Assembly (NCBI GenBank): GCA_964247055.1
Contig: OZ176055.1
Span: 8,928,001 to 8,992,000, forward strand
Direction: 5' to 3'
From: Paragordius varius
Taxonomy: Eukaryota > Animalia > Nematomorpha
DNA: 64,000 nucleotides
Part shown: positions 49,667-63,840 of the stretch, piece by piece
Layout of the letters: every line of letters starts with the position of its first letter
How positions within the stretch are numbered: the stretch's first letter is position 1
Made by a program: the position numbers and the translations under genes
Notes under the pieces: generated by a model
The model's database searches: none
Seen by the model: only the letters and a program-made list of their open reading frames with translations
What the model was told of the DNA's origin: nothing

Positions 49667-49835
49667 TTAAAAATTTGTAGCTAAAAAGAAAATATTGAGA
49701 ATAATATCTATATGTATTTATACAATTTTTTGTGGAAGTGCCTACAAAGATATGCGAATCGATATATATATATAATCAACACTAAAATTTGTACAAAAAA
49801 TTTATTTACATGAATAACAAAATTCTAGGTATTAA

Positions 49836-51845
49836 TAGGGTGACCAGTTTTTTTAAAGTTTGAAGGAAAAAGCGGGAGAAATTTGCGAAAAGGGGAGGGG
49901 GCATGGGGGTACAAGCAAAAAAATTTATACAAAAAATTTATTGTAATAATTATTTATTTTCACAAATACATTATTATAAATGTAAATAAATATTTTATTC
50001 CTTGGTTTCAGGTTATTCTTACCTTATTCAATAAATTTACATGTGCACGAACAAAGGGTGAAGCGATTGTATGCAATGTCCTTTCATCTGCATTTTCTGA
50101 AATAGAAAAAGTTTTGCAGAAAATAAATTTCATATCCCTCTGATGCACAAAATTATTTCTCACTCTCGTTCAGCCCAAAATTCTGACATATTTTACTTCA
50201 ATGAATATTCTGGAAAAAATTAAAACAGAATCATCGCAAAGTGCGCTCTGTGGAAATGCAAGGAGCGGCACAAAAAATATTTTTAATAATTTAGCGAATA
50301 ATCTTAATCAAAACATAAATGAGGGATACACAACGCTATTCAAACAGCTGCTGATTCATAACCCCTGGATGTGGAAAATGTATTTGTTAAAATCCTTGGA
50401 TATTGTGAACTCGTTGGTTAGCTCTTTTGTCAGCTATTAAAAAAAATTAAAAATGTATGATCGCCTAAAATCCTATTTTTTTATCACAAGACAAATGCTA
50501 AAATTCCGAATCAAGAAAGGTTAGAAAATAATTTTAAACCATTACCTAATCGCAATATTATAAATCATCCAGAAAAATAAGGCTTAATGAATGGCCAGGA
50601 TATAAAAATGTTTTATTGAAAATATTATAACGCGTATCGAGGATATATCAAAATAGGAATATATTTTAACATCTACATTTTCCACATCTAGGGGTAACAA
50701 ATCAGCAGCTGTTTGAAAATCGTTGTGTATTATATGCGCTGCACACCCAACGCCAATAATGTTTTGATTAAGGTTATCTGTTAATTTATGAAAAATATTT
50801 TTTGTTCCCATCCTTGCTTTTTCACAGAAGTTCGTATTGGTGTTGTGAGCGCAATATGCGATGATTGTGTCTTTTAAAATATTTTTTCTAGAATCATTAT
50901 TGAAGTAAAATTTATGTCGGAATTTTCACCGGCTAGAGAAATAGCTAAAATTTTAATTTTTTCGGTTTCTGGATCAAAATATCTAATTAAAGTGGGAAAT
51001 AGTTTTATTTGCTTGTGTGATGCATCGTGTAGCGATATAAAATTAATTTTCAGCGAATCTTTTTGTATTTCAGAAAATGCATGTGGCGAAAGGACAATGC
51101 ATTCAATGGCTTCAGCCTTTGTTCAGGCACATGTATATATTTTTATTGAATAAAGTAGGAATAACCTGTGAGCAATCCATAGATCTAAAGGAATGATTGT
51201 GATTAAAGGCATGAAACGATAAAACGTTTTCGACTAGTGCCAAATTCTTTTTTTCCTGTCAAAATCGGTTTTTCTATTAAAATCGCTCATTTTCTAACAT
51301 GATGCCGCCATATCTAAACATTTTTTATGTTTCTGTGTTTCCATATGCTTTGTAATGTCATGCTTGCCGTCACGTGTTAGGAACCCCTCGCATAAAGAGC
51401 ATTTAACAAATAATTCCTTCTTTGTTTTTTTAATAAAAGGAAATTTTTTAATTAATTCATCCTTAATCTTACAACCTCTTTATGTACTCATATTTTTAAA
51501 CTAATATTTGTTTAATAAAATATTATATTACCTTCGCTGCTAATTTGTGGTATTAATTTGTTTATTGATAATGTTGGCAGTAGAAGTAGGAAGCAGTGTA
51601 CAATTATATGATATAAATTGGAAAAAAATAAATATTTTTATTTTAAAATAAAAAATTTTAATTTAAAATTGATATAGATAAAGATAACTAATGATAAAAA
51701 ATTTAAACGGATAAAAAAATTGATTTTTTTCAAAAAAATTAAATGTATTTAAATTTTTTTATATAATCGTCAAAACGCGGGTCATTTCGAAAACGTAGCG
51801 GGACGCGGGACAAAGTGTGAAAAAGCGGGACGTCTGGTCACCCTA
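49836..51845. mobile_element. hAT-superfamily relics bounded by TAGGGTGACCAG termini (two opposed fragments)
   Basis: Minus strand 51420-50584: CSLCEGFLTRDGKHDITKHMETQKHK zinc finger and GVGCAAHIIHN...AADLLPLDVE. Plus strand ~50020-50330: a diverged homologous segment (KFTCARTKGEAIVCNVL; GTKNIFNNL). No TSD. Confidence 0.75.
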
Positions 51846-52666
51846 CCCATACACTCTGTTGACAATTTCAAATTCACCATAAATGAGCATACTGTATTTA
51901 ACATAAAGATTGCTATTTTTTGATATGGAGTCACCTTAAAAGTAGAATGATTTTTTAATTAATTTTTCTAACAACAAAGGCGTGAACCTTGAGTCATTTA
52001 TGCATAATATATTTTTTTATAAAAATAAATTATCCAGGTTCAAAAAAAGGATGTAGCAGACCCATATACTCCTTGATTTTGTGCAATATGTAATCAGCCC
52101 AATTTTATACATGGCATTTATATTTACATGTTTACCTGAAAATTTGGTATGCTATGTTTAATTTTTATAGTTAAATTTTTTAAATTACGCATTCAGTAGT
52201 TTTGGTATTTTTAAGGTGATGCTGATAGCAAGCGACTAATTACTCAAAAATACTTTTATAATTTAATATAAAAACACCTTAATTGGATTTTATTATTTTA
52301 TTGGAAAGCATTGAAGCAATATTTATAAACATACAAGCTCCGCAGTTCTCGACGTTAAAAAAGAAGATCATGAAGATAAATGGTCCAATTCCGGGCAAAA
52401 CTATACTATTGATCCGTTTCCAATTAGATCCTAAATGACTAATAATACGCTTTTCACTTGTGTATAACTAAATAAACACCAATGGCATTTAATGCATGAT
52501 AAATACACTCCGGCAAATTTTAGGCTATTGTAACTTTCCTACGTTACCACCTCTGATTGAAGTGCATCAGAGCTTATTTTAAAAAATTGTTCAATGTTAA
52601 AAATAATTATTCTGAATTCTAAAGGAGTCTAAACCCCTATGTTTATTTAAACACATTTAGACTTTT
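51846..52666. repeat. ~820-bp dispersed repeat, inverted relative to 24808-25627
   Basis: Reverse-complement similarity to 24808-25627. Confidence 0.8.
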
Positions 52667-52879
52667 GCTGCATAATACTACGATCATTAAATTAAGTCGT
52701 TTAACAAATTTGTAGATTGACAGTAATAACGAAAATTTTAAAATATTGTTTAAATGTAATCAAATTAAATGATGTTGTTTTATGCTAGCAGTTTTGCATC
52801 TAACTTAAAGTCTGGGACAATTTTTATGTCCTGCTAAATCAAAAGGCAAAAAATATAAATAAACCGCTAAATATGTTAA

Positions 52880-53900
52880 AAATTACGAAATCATTAGAAT
52901 TTATTAATATATTTGTTCAAACACAAAGGCAGTTTTTAGCCACGATTTTCTTAAAACGATTCCATCAACGATTGCCGCATAACCAAAATTGATCATTTTT
53001 AAGATATGAATGGGTAAATGTAGGCGGCAATTGATGTAACGATTTATGCTTTTATCTATTTTGTTGTCATAGAGACAGATATATAAATATATCTCTACGC
53101 AAAATATTACAATCATTAGAAAATCTGAGAGTAATGTAGGCATGATTTTTAAGATATTTGAATATGAATTATCAATTATTATTTCTGAAACTCCTTTACT
53201 TTCATATCAGTTAATATAAAGACCATTGTTTTCAATTGCCTTTTTAATCCTTTTTGAACAATGATTTAGGAAATAGGCGGTTTTGATTTCCTGGCTGCAA
53301 TCATTACTCGATATTCTAATTGTATTTATTCAATGCCTAATTGTTTTTAATATATTCTGATCATTTTTGATAGAATAAATATTTCAATTTTATAATGTTA
53401 ACTGCGTGGCCATTTAAGCTTTTATTTGTTTTGTTGTGCATTTTAATAATTTATATATTCTGTTATCTTTTAAGCACATATACTCAAATATTGTATCTGT
53501 ATAAATATTGTTGCTTCGATGGAATATAAGAAACAATGAATTGGCGGTATTCATTGTATTAAAAGTAGTTTGTCTTTTGGGGAGAATTATAAATGATAGG
53601 GCATATCAGGAGGTACTTTCAAGTTTATATTTCTTGATTTTTTTTTTATTAAGACAATTGATATCCATAAAAAATAGAATGTGTTGAAATAAATGATGTA
53701 TTTTTCGATTTTGTTGGATTGGATATCTATATAAATTCATATATTCAATATTTAAAATAACGGCATATTTCAAAATTTAGTTTAATTCTCTTTTATATGA
53801 ATATTCAAATTATAGTAATATCTAAAATGCAGAGTATTGCTTGGATTAAAGTAACCAGTTTCATTTAGAAAATAACTAAAGTATACGTTAAAAATGGGAA
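52880..53900 (-). mobile_element. Possible highly decayed non-LTR retrotransposon
   Basis: Only weak motif resemblance (ICLYDNKIDKSINRY, cf. IPKKG...NYRPI); boundaries approximate. Confidence 0.2.
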
Positions 53901-54312
53901 GAAAATATGGGAGCTAAGCAATCGGATCCCGTTATGTCTGGCAGATTATGACTGTTTTCCTGGCCGGGCAATGGACAGATAGGTACTGGCTCTGTAAAAA
54001 TTCTACCTCTTCTCCTTCTAATGTAGGGGAAATCATGGTTTGAATTAGAATTACCAAAGTACGAGCATTTACATCTAATATAAGTGGTATAAAAATAATT
54101 GTTTAAGTTTATTATTGTAAAAATTTAGGTCTTACTTTGAACACATTATATTTAGTGTTTTTCTCGGCATTGGAGATGATTGACGGGCATCTGCCGACCG
54201 AGTTCGCCATACACATGAACGATAGGACGCCCGTTTCCCGCTAATAACTCTATGGGTATAATAAGCAGGGACTCGATTGACAATAGATTGTCTGACCTCA
54301 CTTCTACTGTGG

Positions 54313-55038
54313 AGACAATTGGTTTCCCTTCTAGGGGCTAGAACAACATTTTCCAGATAATTGGTGGTTTCACTTCTTGGGGCTAGAACAACATTTTCCA
54401 GAATTTCTTGTTTACCTGATGCATTTGTCCGGGTTATTCGTAGAGCAGTAACGTCTTTATTAGTTATACTAATATGTTCACTTATAGTGTTGTCGATTTT
54501 CTTCTCAATCTTTAACTCTGAAATTGAACTATTACATAGAATACTTAAGTTAAAATCTGATGTCTTAAATTCCAAAGGTATGTTTTCACCCATTTTAAAT
54601 CTCTTATTGGGTTCCAAGTTTTACTTATCTTTCATTACACGTTTTTTGGAAAACTTTATCTCTTTTTTATTTACTTTAGGCATTTCATTTTTGCGATTCA
54701 CTTTGGGATTTTTGTTATTTGATTGACATCTCTTATGTTTGGTTGTTATGTTTTGCCTTAGGGTTTTTACTTGTCTTGTTGGTTTTAAAACTGGTTTAGT
54801 CTTATGCTTTACCGATTTCATAGGTTTTGTTACGGCAGTCCGTTTATACAAACTTTTTCCCTTAACATTTTTATTTTGCAATCCTATCTTTCTGGATTTG
54901 CTTTTCGCTTTCTTGCTAGATATTGATTGTTTGCCTTTCCGTTTAATGGGTGTACGTTTTATTTTGGATGCCGTGTTTTGAGATATTTTTTGTTTTTTTG
55001 ATTGAATTTTTTAATACATCAGAAGATTTACGTTTCAT
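54313..55038 (-). pseudogene. Paralogue of the basic repeat-protein gene with only ~2 repeat units
   Basis: ATG AAA CGT AAA TCT TCT GAT at 55038. +1 frameshift near codon 11 and TAA at 54621-54623; retains the KSLYKR frame broken in the 27476 copy. Ends ENVVLAPRSETTNYLENVVLAPRRETNCL. Confidence 0.7.
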
Positions 55039-56101
55039 TTTTAAATTTTTAAAGCAAGTAATTACGTAAGTAATAATAGACAATCAATATAAAATGATTG
55101 TTATGATAATATTATTAAATTTGAATTTTATATAACTCAAGGTTACACTAATAATATTAAAATATAATAAAATATATAAATATACAGATATTACCTCAAT
55201 CTCGAATACTTAAAGTTTAATATATAAAAATAGATTTTAAACAAATTAATATTTGACAAATACATTCATTTTATTTGTTGCGAATATCTCTGCGTAAAAT
55301 ATTTTTATATGATACAAATCGTTTAATCTATAATGTCATTTAATCTAATATAGCTAGGTCCTTCGGTTATTCCTACAACAATTGGACATATCAACTAAAG
55401 AATGGGAATGCTTTGGAAGTTATACGGATCTATTATTTCTTAAACTGTTTTCATATCGTTTCCACCATATTTTAAATTCAAACTAATGTATTTCAACGAA
55501 ATTTTACATAAATATTAAAGCTAGTATAAATTTTTTAAAAATAGCTTATTTTATATCATAAAAATAGTTATTGAGTGAACCTAGGGCTTTGGTGTGCAGT
55601 TTATAAAACAGCCCATTTTGGAGTGGTTGGAAGAGTTACCGAGATTTATTCAAATAATCATTTACATCAATATAGTTGATATTCAGTTAAAATTCAAATT
55701 ATACAGACAAAACTTCAAACTAAAAGCAAAAATAATAACAACCATACTTTTTTAGCATATGGTTTTTGAAATACACAGCTTGCACAAAATCAACCTTATG
55801 AAGTATATAGATAAAAAATATAACAGGATTATCATGGTCTTTTGATTTTGTCCCTTGCGTGACATTATTAAGAAAGTTATTTATACTTTTGTGGTTACCA
55901 CTCTATAACAAAAAATGAATTGCGCACATTGTGTTAACCAATTTTTTACCAAATAACTACATGTAATAAATAAACCGATATTAAAAAAAATTTAGATATG
56001 GACCGACCGTCCCAAATTTTTTCGCTCTTGATGGGTTAGTTTCCTTAAATAAACGTTGTGCAGTAAATGCGTCATAAATTTGAATATCTGCAATTTGATA
56101 T

Positions 56102-58420
56102 TGATAACTGGGGACGAGAGTAAAATTTATGGTAAGGTGAGATGTTTGCTTTTATCAATTAACCAGGGTATAATAATAATAGTCACACGTGGTGGTGAGG
56201 TTAAAATAATTTAATAATACTAAACAGAAAGATAATAGGTTAATATATTAATATATAACAAATGTTGTTTGTGCGGTTATCTAATAGTGTAATAAAAGGT
56301 TCATTCAACTTAGCCTGCCAGTAACCACTCTAACATTACTACCCCCTCCTACGAAAGCGGGCAGGTTTCGGACGACTTCTTGTCGGTACCGTCGTTCCTG
56401 TGCTTTAGCGGGGAGTAGATTGTCGCAGATTCCTGTTTATTAACATTATTTGAACTTTCGGCTGTCGGAGTAATTGGTCCGATTTTGTCCCTTGAATTAA
56501 TCGTGTTTGGTTGTTGCGTTTCGGCGATTGTTTCATCATCCGTGGCAGTGGTTACATTCTTTTCATTTGTGTTGATGGCAGTGGTAGGTTGTGGTAGTGG
56601 CTGGTGTACCATTTGGTCAGCGTGTTTCCTCAAACTTTGTCTCGGTCCTTGTCCCATTGTATAAGCAGCCCTGTACGGTCCGTAATCTCTTTGGCGCGCC
56701 ACCCTGGACTTAATTCATTTTTAATCATTACCTGGTCATTAATGGCAAACTGCCGTCGGGGGGCCGGTGCATCTAGCAATCTCGCCCTACTATTTAACCA
56801 GGTTAAGGGGGTATAGGGAGTACGCTTGAACATTAACTGGGTCGGGGTTTCTTTCGTTGTTGAGTGTATAGAATTTCTATACGCCTATTGGCTAGTGTTA
56901 AACGCTTTGTGAATGGATATCACATTATTTTTTATTCTTTTGTATTTATTTTTTTGTGTACCTTCTAACCTTTCTACCATCCAATTACTCTTAGGGTAAA
57001 TTTAATATGTTTTACCCCTTACGTACTTAAGGTTGACGTGAAGTACTCATTACTGAAATACGAAGCGTTATCGCTAACGATCTCTCTTGCAAAGCCAAAT
57101 CTTGCAAAGGTTTCTTCTATTTCATGGATTATATTCGCTGCGGTAACCTTTTTCAAAATAAATCCTTCTGCCCATTTCGAGGCACTATCAATTATCAACA
57201 ACCAAAAAAAACCGTACGGTCCAGATATATCAAAATGCAAACGCTCCCACACAGCAACATTATGATCCCACTGATACGTGGAATTCTGAGTAACATTCAG
57301 CCTACTACGTTGGTACGATTCGCATCGACTACTGGCTTTTACCAGTTTTCTAATTCTGGCCAATAAAACGTAAATCTGGCCATCGCTTTCATGGTCTTTA
57401 CGTTGTTATAACCGCTGTGTAAATATCTCATCACCTCTTTTTGGAGGGGCTTGGGAATTACAATCCGATCATTTAAACTTAATAAGCCATATTGATATGC
57501 CAATTCGTCTTCACGGTTTACAAACTTTTCTAATTCTGGAAAACTCCAGTCATGGTTGTTTAACGCTTTAATTACTTTTTGTAATACCGGATCTAATGCG
57601 GTTTCTTTTCGTATTGCATCTCAGCTTAACCGCACGTTATGACAATTCAAAAATCTCAGATATCTGGTAACCGCATAATCTTCATCATAGGCAACGATCT
57701 CGTCAATCGGCCATCTCGATAAATAATCAGCTCTATTTTAAACCGCTTTTTGATGACTTATTTCAAAGTCGTATTCATTTATCATATTAATCCACCTTAG
57801 TACTTTAGCATTATGTATCTCTTTTAAATTTCGATATTTTATTAACTTTACTAAAGGTAAATGGTCAGTTAATAATATAAATTTTTTACGATATACGAAT
57901 CTATTAAACTTTCGTAACGCAAAAATATTGCTTTTAATATAGTGGAATAACTCTTTTCAGCGTTGCTACACTTTTGTGAGGCATACGCTACCGGTATCCT
58001 TTCACTATTAACTTCATGACTTAAAATACACCCGAATTTTAAATCTGACGCATCAGTTTCTATTATCAATTTCCTATTCGGGTTATAAGTGTTAAAAGCT
58101 TAACCAATTCTTAGTTGCTAACCAGCTTTCCTCATGGTTCTCGGTCCAAAACCATCTCGTATTTTTACTAGTTAATTTATGTAAGGGACCGACTATCATT
58201 TGTAATTTTGGTATAAAGCGTTCATGAAACGTCAAAAAACCTAAAAAACTTGTAATAGAATTTTAGGTTACTAACTTCATTGGCTACTTTGATTGCCGAA
58301 ATTCTGTCACCTTTTATCAATTTAAATAACATTTTGAAAGAGAGAAGCTTGATTATGTAGGAACTCTAACCATATTTTTGAAGTATCACTTTCAAAAAAC
58401 TTTTCTAAAGTTGTAGGACA
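56102..58420 (-). mobile_element. Ty3/Gypsy LTR retrotransposon, decayed 3' half (RT end, RNase H, integrase, PPT, 3' LTR)
   Basis: RNase H ETDASD...PVAYAS...AEKSYS (58069-57869); integrase WERLHFDISGP...IIDSASKW...IVSDNASYF (57363-57019); RT-RH-IN order. Purine tract aggagggggt at ~56350; putative LTR TGTTA...TATCA at 56335-56102. Confidence 0.88.
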
Positions 58421-59610
58421 TTTGTCCTGTGAAAAAAAATAGGATTTTAAAGGATTATACATTTTAAAAATTCAGAAAGTTTTTTCCTGAATAAATGTAT
58501 ATTTTGCTTATTGTGTTTTGAAGCATGGTTTGTAGCGGTGTAATTTTAGAATGTTATAAAAACACTTTTTCTCGACAACTCTATGCTGAACATCTCTATC
58601 ACATAAAACCTCATAGCTCCTTGTGGTAGTTTAATGGCAAGCCATTTAAATACAAATATTTTGGAAAAATTATCCTGAAACAATTGTAAAAAATGCTAAT
58701 CTTTAGCCTTTTGAGCGCATGATGCTTTTTTCATATAAAATAATAAAAAAATCCTCACCACAAACTTTTTCGTTATTATTTTATTTTTTAAAAATTTAAA
58801 TTGGGTAACTAATAACGCCAGGTAATTGCTATTAATAAAAAAACTACTGAGAAAAACTGTTATATTTAAAATTTATGCTTCTGTCCTCATAAAAATTATT
58901 TAGCCAATGACTAAATAAAATTTGGCTTTAAAAAAATTTCCACATTAAACTTCGATGCAATTTTTGTTCTAACAAACTTTAGTTCCTATACAATTATCTT
59001 TAATTAAAGTTATTTTTTATTAATTTTATAACCAAAGTTAAAATAAACAAAAGGGGTTTATTTTGAATTATTTTTATACCTATCTAATCCAAACCTGTCA
59101 TGTTATCTAAGTTTCTACCTTCAGGATTAGCTAAAAAGCTGCATTGATGTTATATATTATCAACTTTGCAATCGCATCAATTCGTTTCCTATTTTTGTAT
59201 TTTAAGCTGACCTGGAGTCACAACTAACAATCGGAAATTAAATGTTAAATCGTGAATTATGGTAACAAAATAAAAATAATTAACTTTGAAGATCTTTCAA
59301 AAAGAAATGTCCATCAAGTTTTTTAATAGTTTTATACTAGCTGTTCTTTCAGTCGTATTTCGAGGTTCATTAAATTTGGAACTTTTATAAAAATTATTAG
59401 ATTTATAGGCTTTTTTTCTATACACTACAAGAGGGTTTTAAATACTTTTTTCACGAAACCAAATTTTGAAACGCTAGTTTGCTAACTAAAAAAGAAAATA
59501 TATCATATAAAAGATAAAGACGATAAAATTTCATAATCCAGGTTTTTTGATATTTTATTACATATAAACAATGAGTTTTGTTTAGTATCACATAATCAAA
59601 TGAGTGTCAT

Positions 59611-62600
59611 ATGGGGTTTTCTGAAATTTCGGAATATATTTTATTGGAAATTTTTTATTATTTGAGTCCAGAAGATTTGTTTCAATGTGAGGCAGTTTGT
59701 AAAAGTTGGCGACTTTTACTGTTGAGAGATAATAATATATGGCATTATGCTTATAAAAGGTTTATATTTTCTATAATTTTAAGGATGTTTGCCAGAATTT
59801 CGATAACGCCTTACCTAAATTGGAGAGATGAGTGTTATAGATTATTGGCGAAAGTACCTTGCAAAGAAGTTTTAAGCCATAAAGAAAAAACATTTCATAG
59901 AGATCAAGTGTTACATGTCTGTTTTTCTCATAATGGCCAATTGTTTTCCACTTGTTCCAAAGATGGATTTATTAAAGTAAATTTGGGCACTTTATTGATT
60001 TTTTGAATAATTTTTTTTGTTTATATTTACCAGATTAACTTAATATATTGTTTTACAAAATTTTCTAGTGTGAATATTAAACAAAAATTGAACTGAAAAT
60101 TACTTATTATTTATATATTATATAATGTTCGGTTTCTCAAAACTCGGAACTACATTTTTTACCTACCAACCATTTGAGTCAATATAGGTGGGGGGGGGAG
60201 GTTTTTTTATTTTTTACCATATTTTCATTTTTTTTTGCTAAAAAATATCCAAGGTTTGGGACTTACCAGGATGTCAAATTAATCTTGTACATTGTCATGA
60301 TATGAAAACGTTTCATTGGAAATATACTCAACTCTCATCTTTTAATGCTTCAGACACACTTTTATTAGTTTCTGGAGTTCATTTTGGGGCCCACAGTTCT
60401 TCAGGGGAAATAGCCGTGTTTAATTTGGCGGGTTGGTTATAAGTTTATTTTAAAAAAATATAAATTTGCAATTATTATAGTTTTACAACCATAAAACAAA
60501 AAAAGGACAAAATATTAGCATAAAGCATGTTGGAATAGTATCAAATAATAAAAATATTACGATTGTATAGAAAAAAACCGTATTTTTAAGCCTGAATATC
60601 GATGAAACGCCTATTGTTTTGGGTAATAAGAAATAAGGTTAAAAAATCATATAGCATACACTTAATTTTATGTTTAACTGTAGAAATGCCTAGAGTTTTT
60701 GCCTAACAAAAATTAAAAAATTAAAATATGGTTTTGCATGGGATTAATATTCCTTTTTTATTCTCCTTATTCATATTTTTACAGCTTTACTATTCAGTTA
60801 TATTCAAATTTTGAGATTTGAAACAATTTATTTAACTATTTGCGCTTTCAGAGTGTCCTTAAACACTTAAATCGGTTAACACTTCAAGTTGGTCCTTAAA
60901 CTGTTTAAGCTTAATTTAACCAAATTTTTGCATTAATTTTTATATTTTATCCTAATTTCCTTTTTATATATGTATTTATTTTTCATTAAAAAACCAGTTT
61001 TGTTACTAACTAGTTTTTCCAATTCAATAATAATTTTAACTTTTGATGTTTTTAATGAAAAATCGTAAATAAAATAAAAAGTTTACGGACGGTTTTGTAT
61101 TGTTAAAGGACACTCTTGAAGTGCAAATGGTATATATATATATAATTTTATTTTCCCGCTTAATAAGATGATAACTTTACGCTGCAATGTCGGATAATTA
61201 ATCGACCTTACGATACATTCGGTGCCTGGTTTGATGAGAATCACATAATTTCGGGCAATTTACATTGGTTTGGTCATTTGATTTCTTGCAGTTCTTTTTG
61301 GATTAACAAAGCTTGGCAAGTATAAAGTTTTGATTACAGTTAAACATTGATGTTTTACGGATAAAACGTAAAAGTATAAAGACAAATATTTTTTCTAAAA
61401 GACAACCAACCAACCATACTTTTTAAGTTTTGATTTTGTAAATATAACCTATTGTTGTAATTTAATGTGCTTTATAGGATAAATAAGGTTTGGAAAGTAT
61501 ATGGTTGTCTTTTTTGAAAATTTTGTCTTTTTTGAATGTTTAACATTTTGTCTGTATAATTTAAATTTTTATTTTAAGAGTATTCGATGGTTATTAAAAT
61601 GATAAACTAACCACCGTTTATGAATCCAATTATTTACGTTCATATCTGGTCAATTAATCTAAATAACATTGGAGTAAGGTGTATTAATAATTTATATTTA
61701 ATAGATGTTACTTTTGACTGTGTTTTTTTTAAAAATAATTGTTAAAAAAGCATATAATCATTTACATTTATATACATTTTTTTATAGTCTGAATCTATTA
61801 AATTTTTTTTATTCACGCTCACAGTTAGAATCTAAATATGATTTAACATTTTTTAAATTTTGTTTAAATTAACTTTTTTTCATATTAATTTTTTTTCCAA
61901 TTGTTTTAAGGAAACTGAAACCGCTAAAGAAGGGGTCGTCATGCAAGCCTTCAAATTTTTTAACGTTAATGGAAGTTTAATTCGGAATATTCTTGTGGCA
62001 AATGTGGAAAAATCCTTTCAGAAAGGAAATGGAATTCTTGGTTTAATATTTTTTACTGGGGGGATCAAATTTAACTGGAACTGTTTTTTTTGTTAAGGAA
62101 AACTGTTCAAAACTTATAAATAGTAATATTATTTTTAAAATGTTTCCCATTATTTTTAATGGTTAATTTTGGATTTTTTCACAAAAATGATCCTATATAG
62201 GTAAATATTTTTGCCTGTTACCATATTAACCCTTCTGTAAATTCTTTCGAATCTAAATTAGATATTAATCACTAAACCGCTCTTCCTTGTATTTTTATTT
62301 ATATACCTTTGAAATTTAATTTAAATTTTTAAACATTAAGATAACCCTGATGAAATTCAATCTCAACAAAGACGCAAATTATCATACGAAAAATTAGGCA
62401 TCGATTGTGATAAACCTTCAACTAGTTGTCAAACAAATATGGATTTCGATGATTCCAAAACGGGCAACACAGAAAAATATTTGATATTTACTACAGGTCA
62501 TTTATTTCGATTCCTCCTAATTTTATGTAGAATTTAATCAATTTTCTTCTCTCAATCGCTAAAATCCAGTAAAATATATCATAATTGTTTAGGATAGATG

Positions 62601-63840
62601 TGTGCGAAGTTTTCCGGTTGATATTTTTGTAAATTAATTATTCTACATAGTATATGTATCATTGGAATATTTGTAAGAATATGGCCAACGCTCTACATGC
62701 TCCTTATTTATGATAAACCAACCATAAATTGGTGATTTTATAGAAAAAAAATGGCGACAGCTCTTTAATCGATACTTTTTTTTTCAAACACATGAATTTG
62801 TCCTCAATTTTAATTACTGTATTTATGTATTATAGGTTCGCATTCGTACGTTCCACACCAAGTAGGTTTTAAGCGAATAGCTAAAACGCTCAATTTACCG
62901 AGCGTTTGGGAAAGTGTACAAAAAGCCCGATTAAATAACCTAGTTGAAAGAATTGAACACCAACTTTCAAGCTTTGATTATGATGGCGGCGGTGGTGACA
63001 TTCAACAATCAGGCGACAATTCTAATTTCTCTGCATCTCACACAACACCTAGAAACGAGGAAGAAATTCAAAATTTAATTCAACGTAAGATTTGGATTTT
63101 AAATTTTTCAAATTTAAGAAGCCGTATATTTTGAAAAAAACAGGAGGGCTAGTCAAAAAATTATTATAATTGCTTAGACTACTCACTAATATTATATATA
63201 TCTTACTTGAAATGTCATATAACTTTATCTGTGCAAAGATTTTTTATTATATCTATATAAAAATTGGTTATATCCCAAAACATAGTATATTAATTACACA
63301 ACAGTTTATGTTTAATTATGCGCCCTCAAATATTATTGCAAAACAGATTTAAAGCTATTTTTAATAGGAAAAATTAGGTTAAATTACCCTATAAAAATAA
63401 TTTCATCATGTAGTTAAAACTAAAATTCAAACGTAAAAATATAAAGACAATTTTGTTTTAAACATAACCAACCATACTTTTCAAACATATAACCTAATCT
63501 TGAAATAAGTAATCTATTTAATATATTGTAGTTTAAAACAATGCATTCATTATATTTAAAATATATGGTTGTGTCCTTTAAAAAGAATTTTGGTCTTTAT
63601 GATTTTTACGTTTTGTCGTTCGTATACAAATTCAATTTTTTTATTGTAAACCCGAATATTTTGGTGGGGGTAGATTACATTGAATTGGAATATATGTTGG
63701 ATGAACAAACCAATGCTACTAATAATAGTAGCTGTCCTTTTAACAATAATGACATTGTTCCTTCTTCTAGAATATTCTCTTCGAATGTGACGACTGCCCG
63801 TCTTATACCTCACCCCGATATCCATCCACACCCAGAAGAA
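59611..63840 (+). CDS. FBXW5: F-box/WD repeat protein 5, 5' part (continues beyond the window)
   Basis: Exons 59611-59976 (possibly split by a 24-nt intron), 60254-60431, 61168-61319, 61911-62040, 62341-62496, 62836-63084, 63674-63840, all phase-compatible. F-box (ILLEIFYYLSPEDL...VCKSW), then HRDQVLHVCFSHNG..STCSKD, LLLVSGVHFG..SSSGEIAVF, PYDTFGAW, ISGNLHW, KYLIFTTG, PHQVG. Confidence 0.92.
61335..61575. mobile_element. TA-CAGT family MITE in an FBXW5 intron
   Basis: tacagt start and acggataaaacgtaaaagtataaagacaaa arm, with an inverted arm at ~61495-61560. Confidence 0.65.
63411..63648. mobile_element. TA-CAGT family MITE in an FBXW5 intron
   Basis: aaacgtaaaaatataaagacaa / ggtctttatgatttttacgttttgtc inverted arms. 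Confidence 0.6.

Noticed and set aside
24808-56101. One large inverted segmental duplication or giant TIR element spanning 24.8-56.1 kb
   Set aside because: The two repeat pairs are not collinear in mirror order and differ visibly in divergence, so they are independent duplications.
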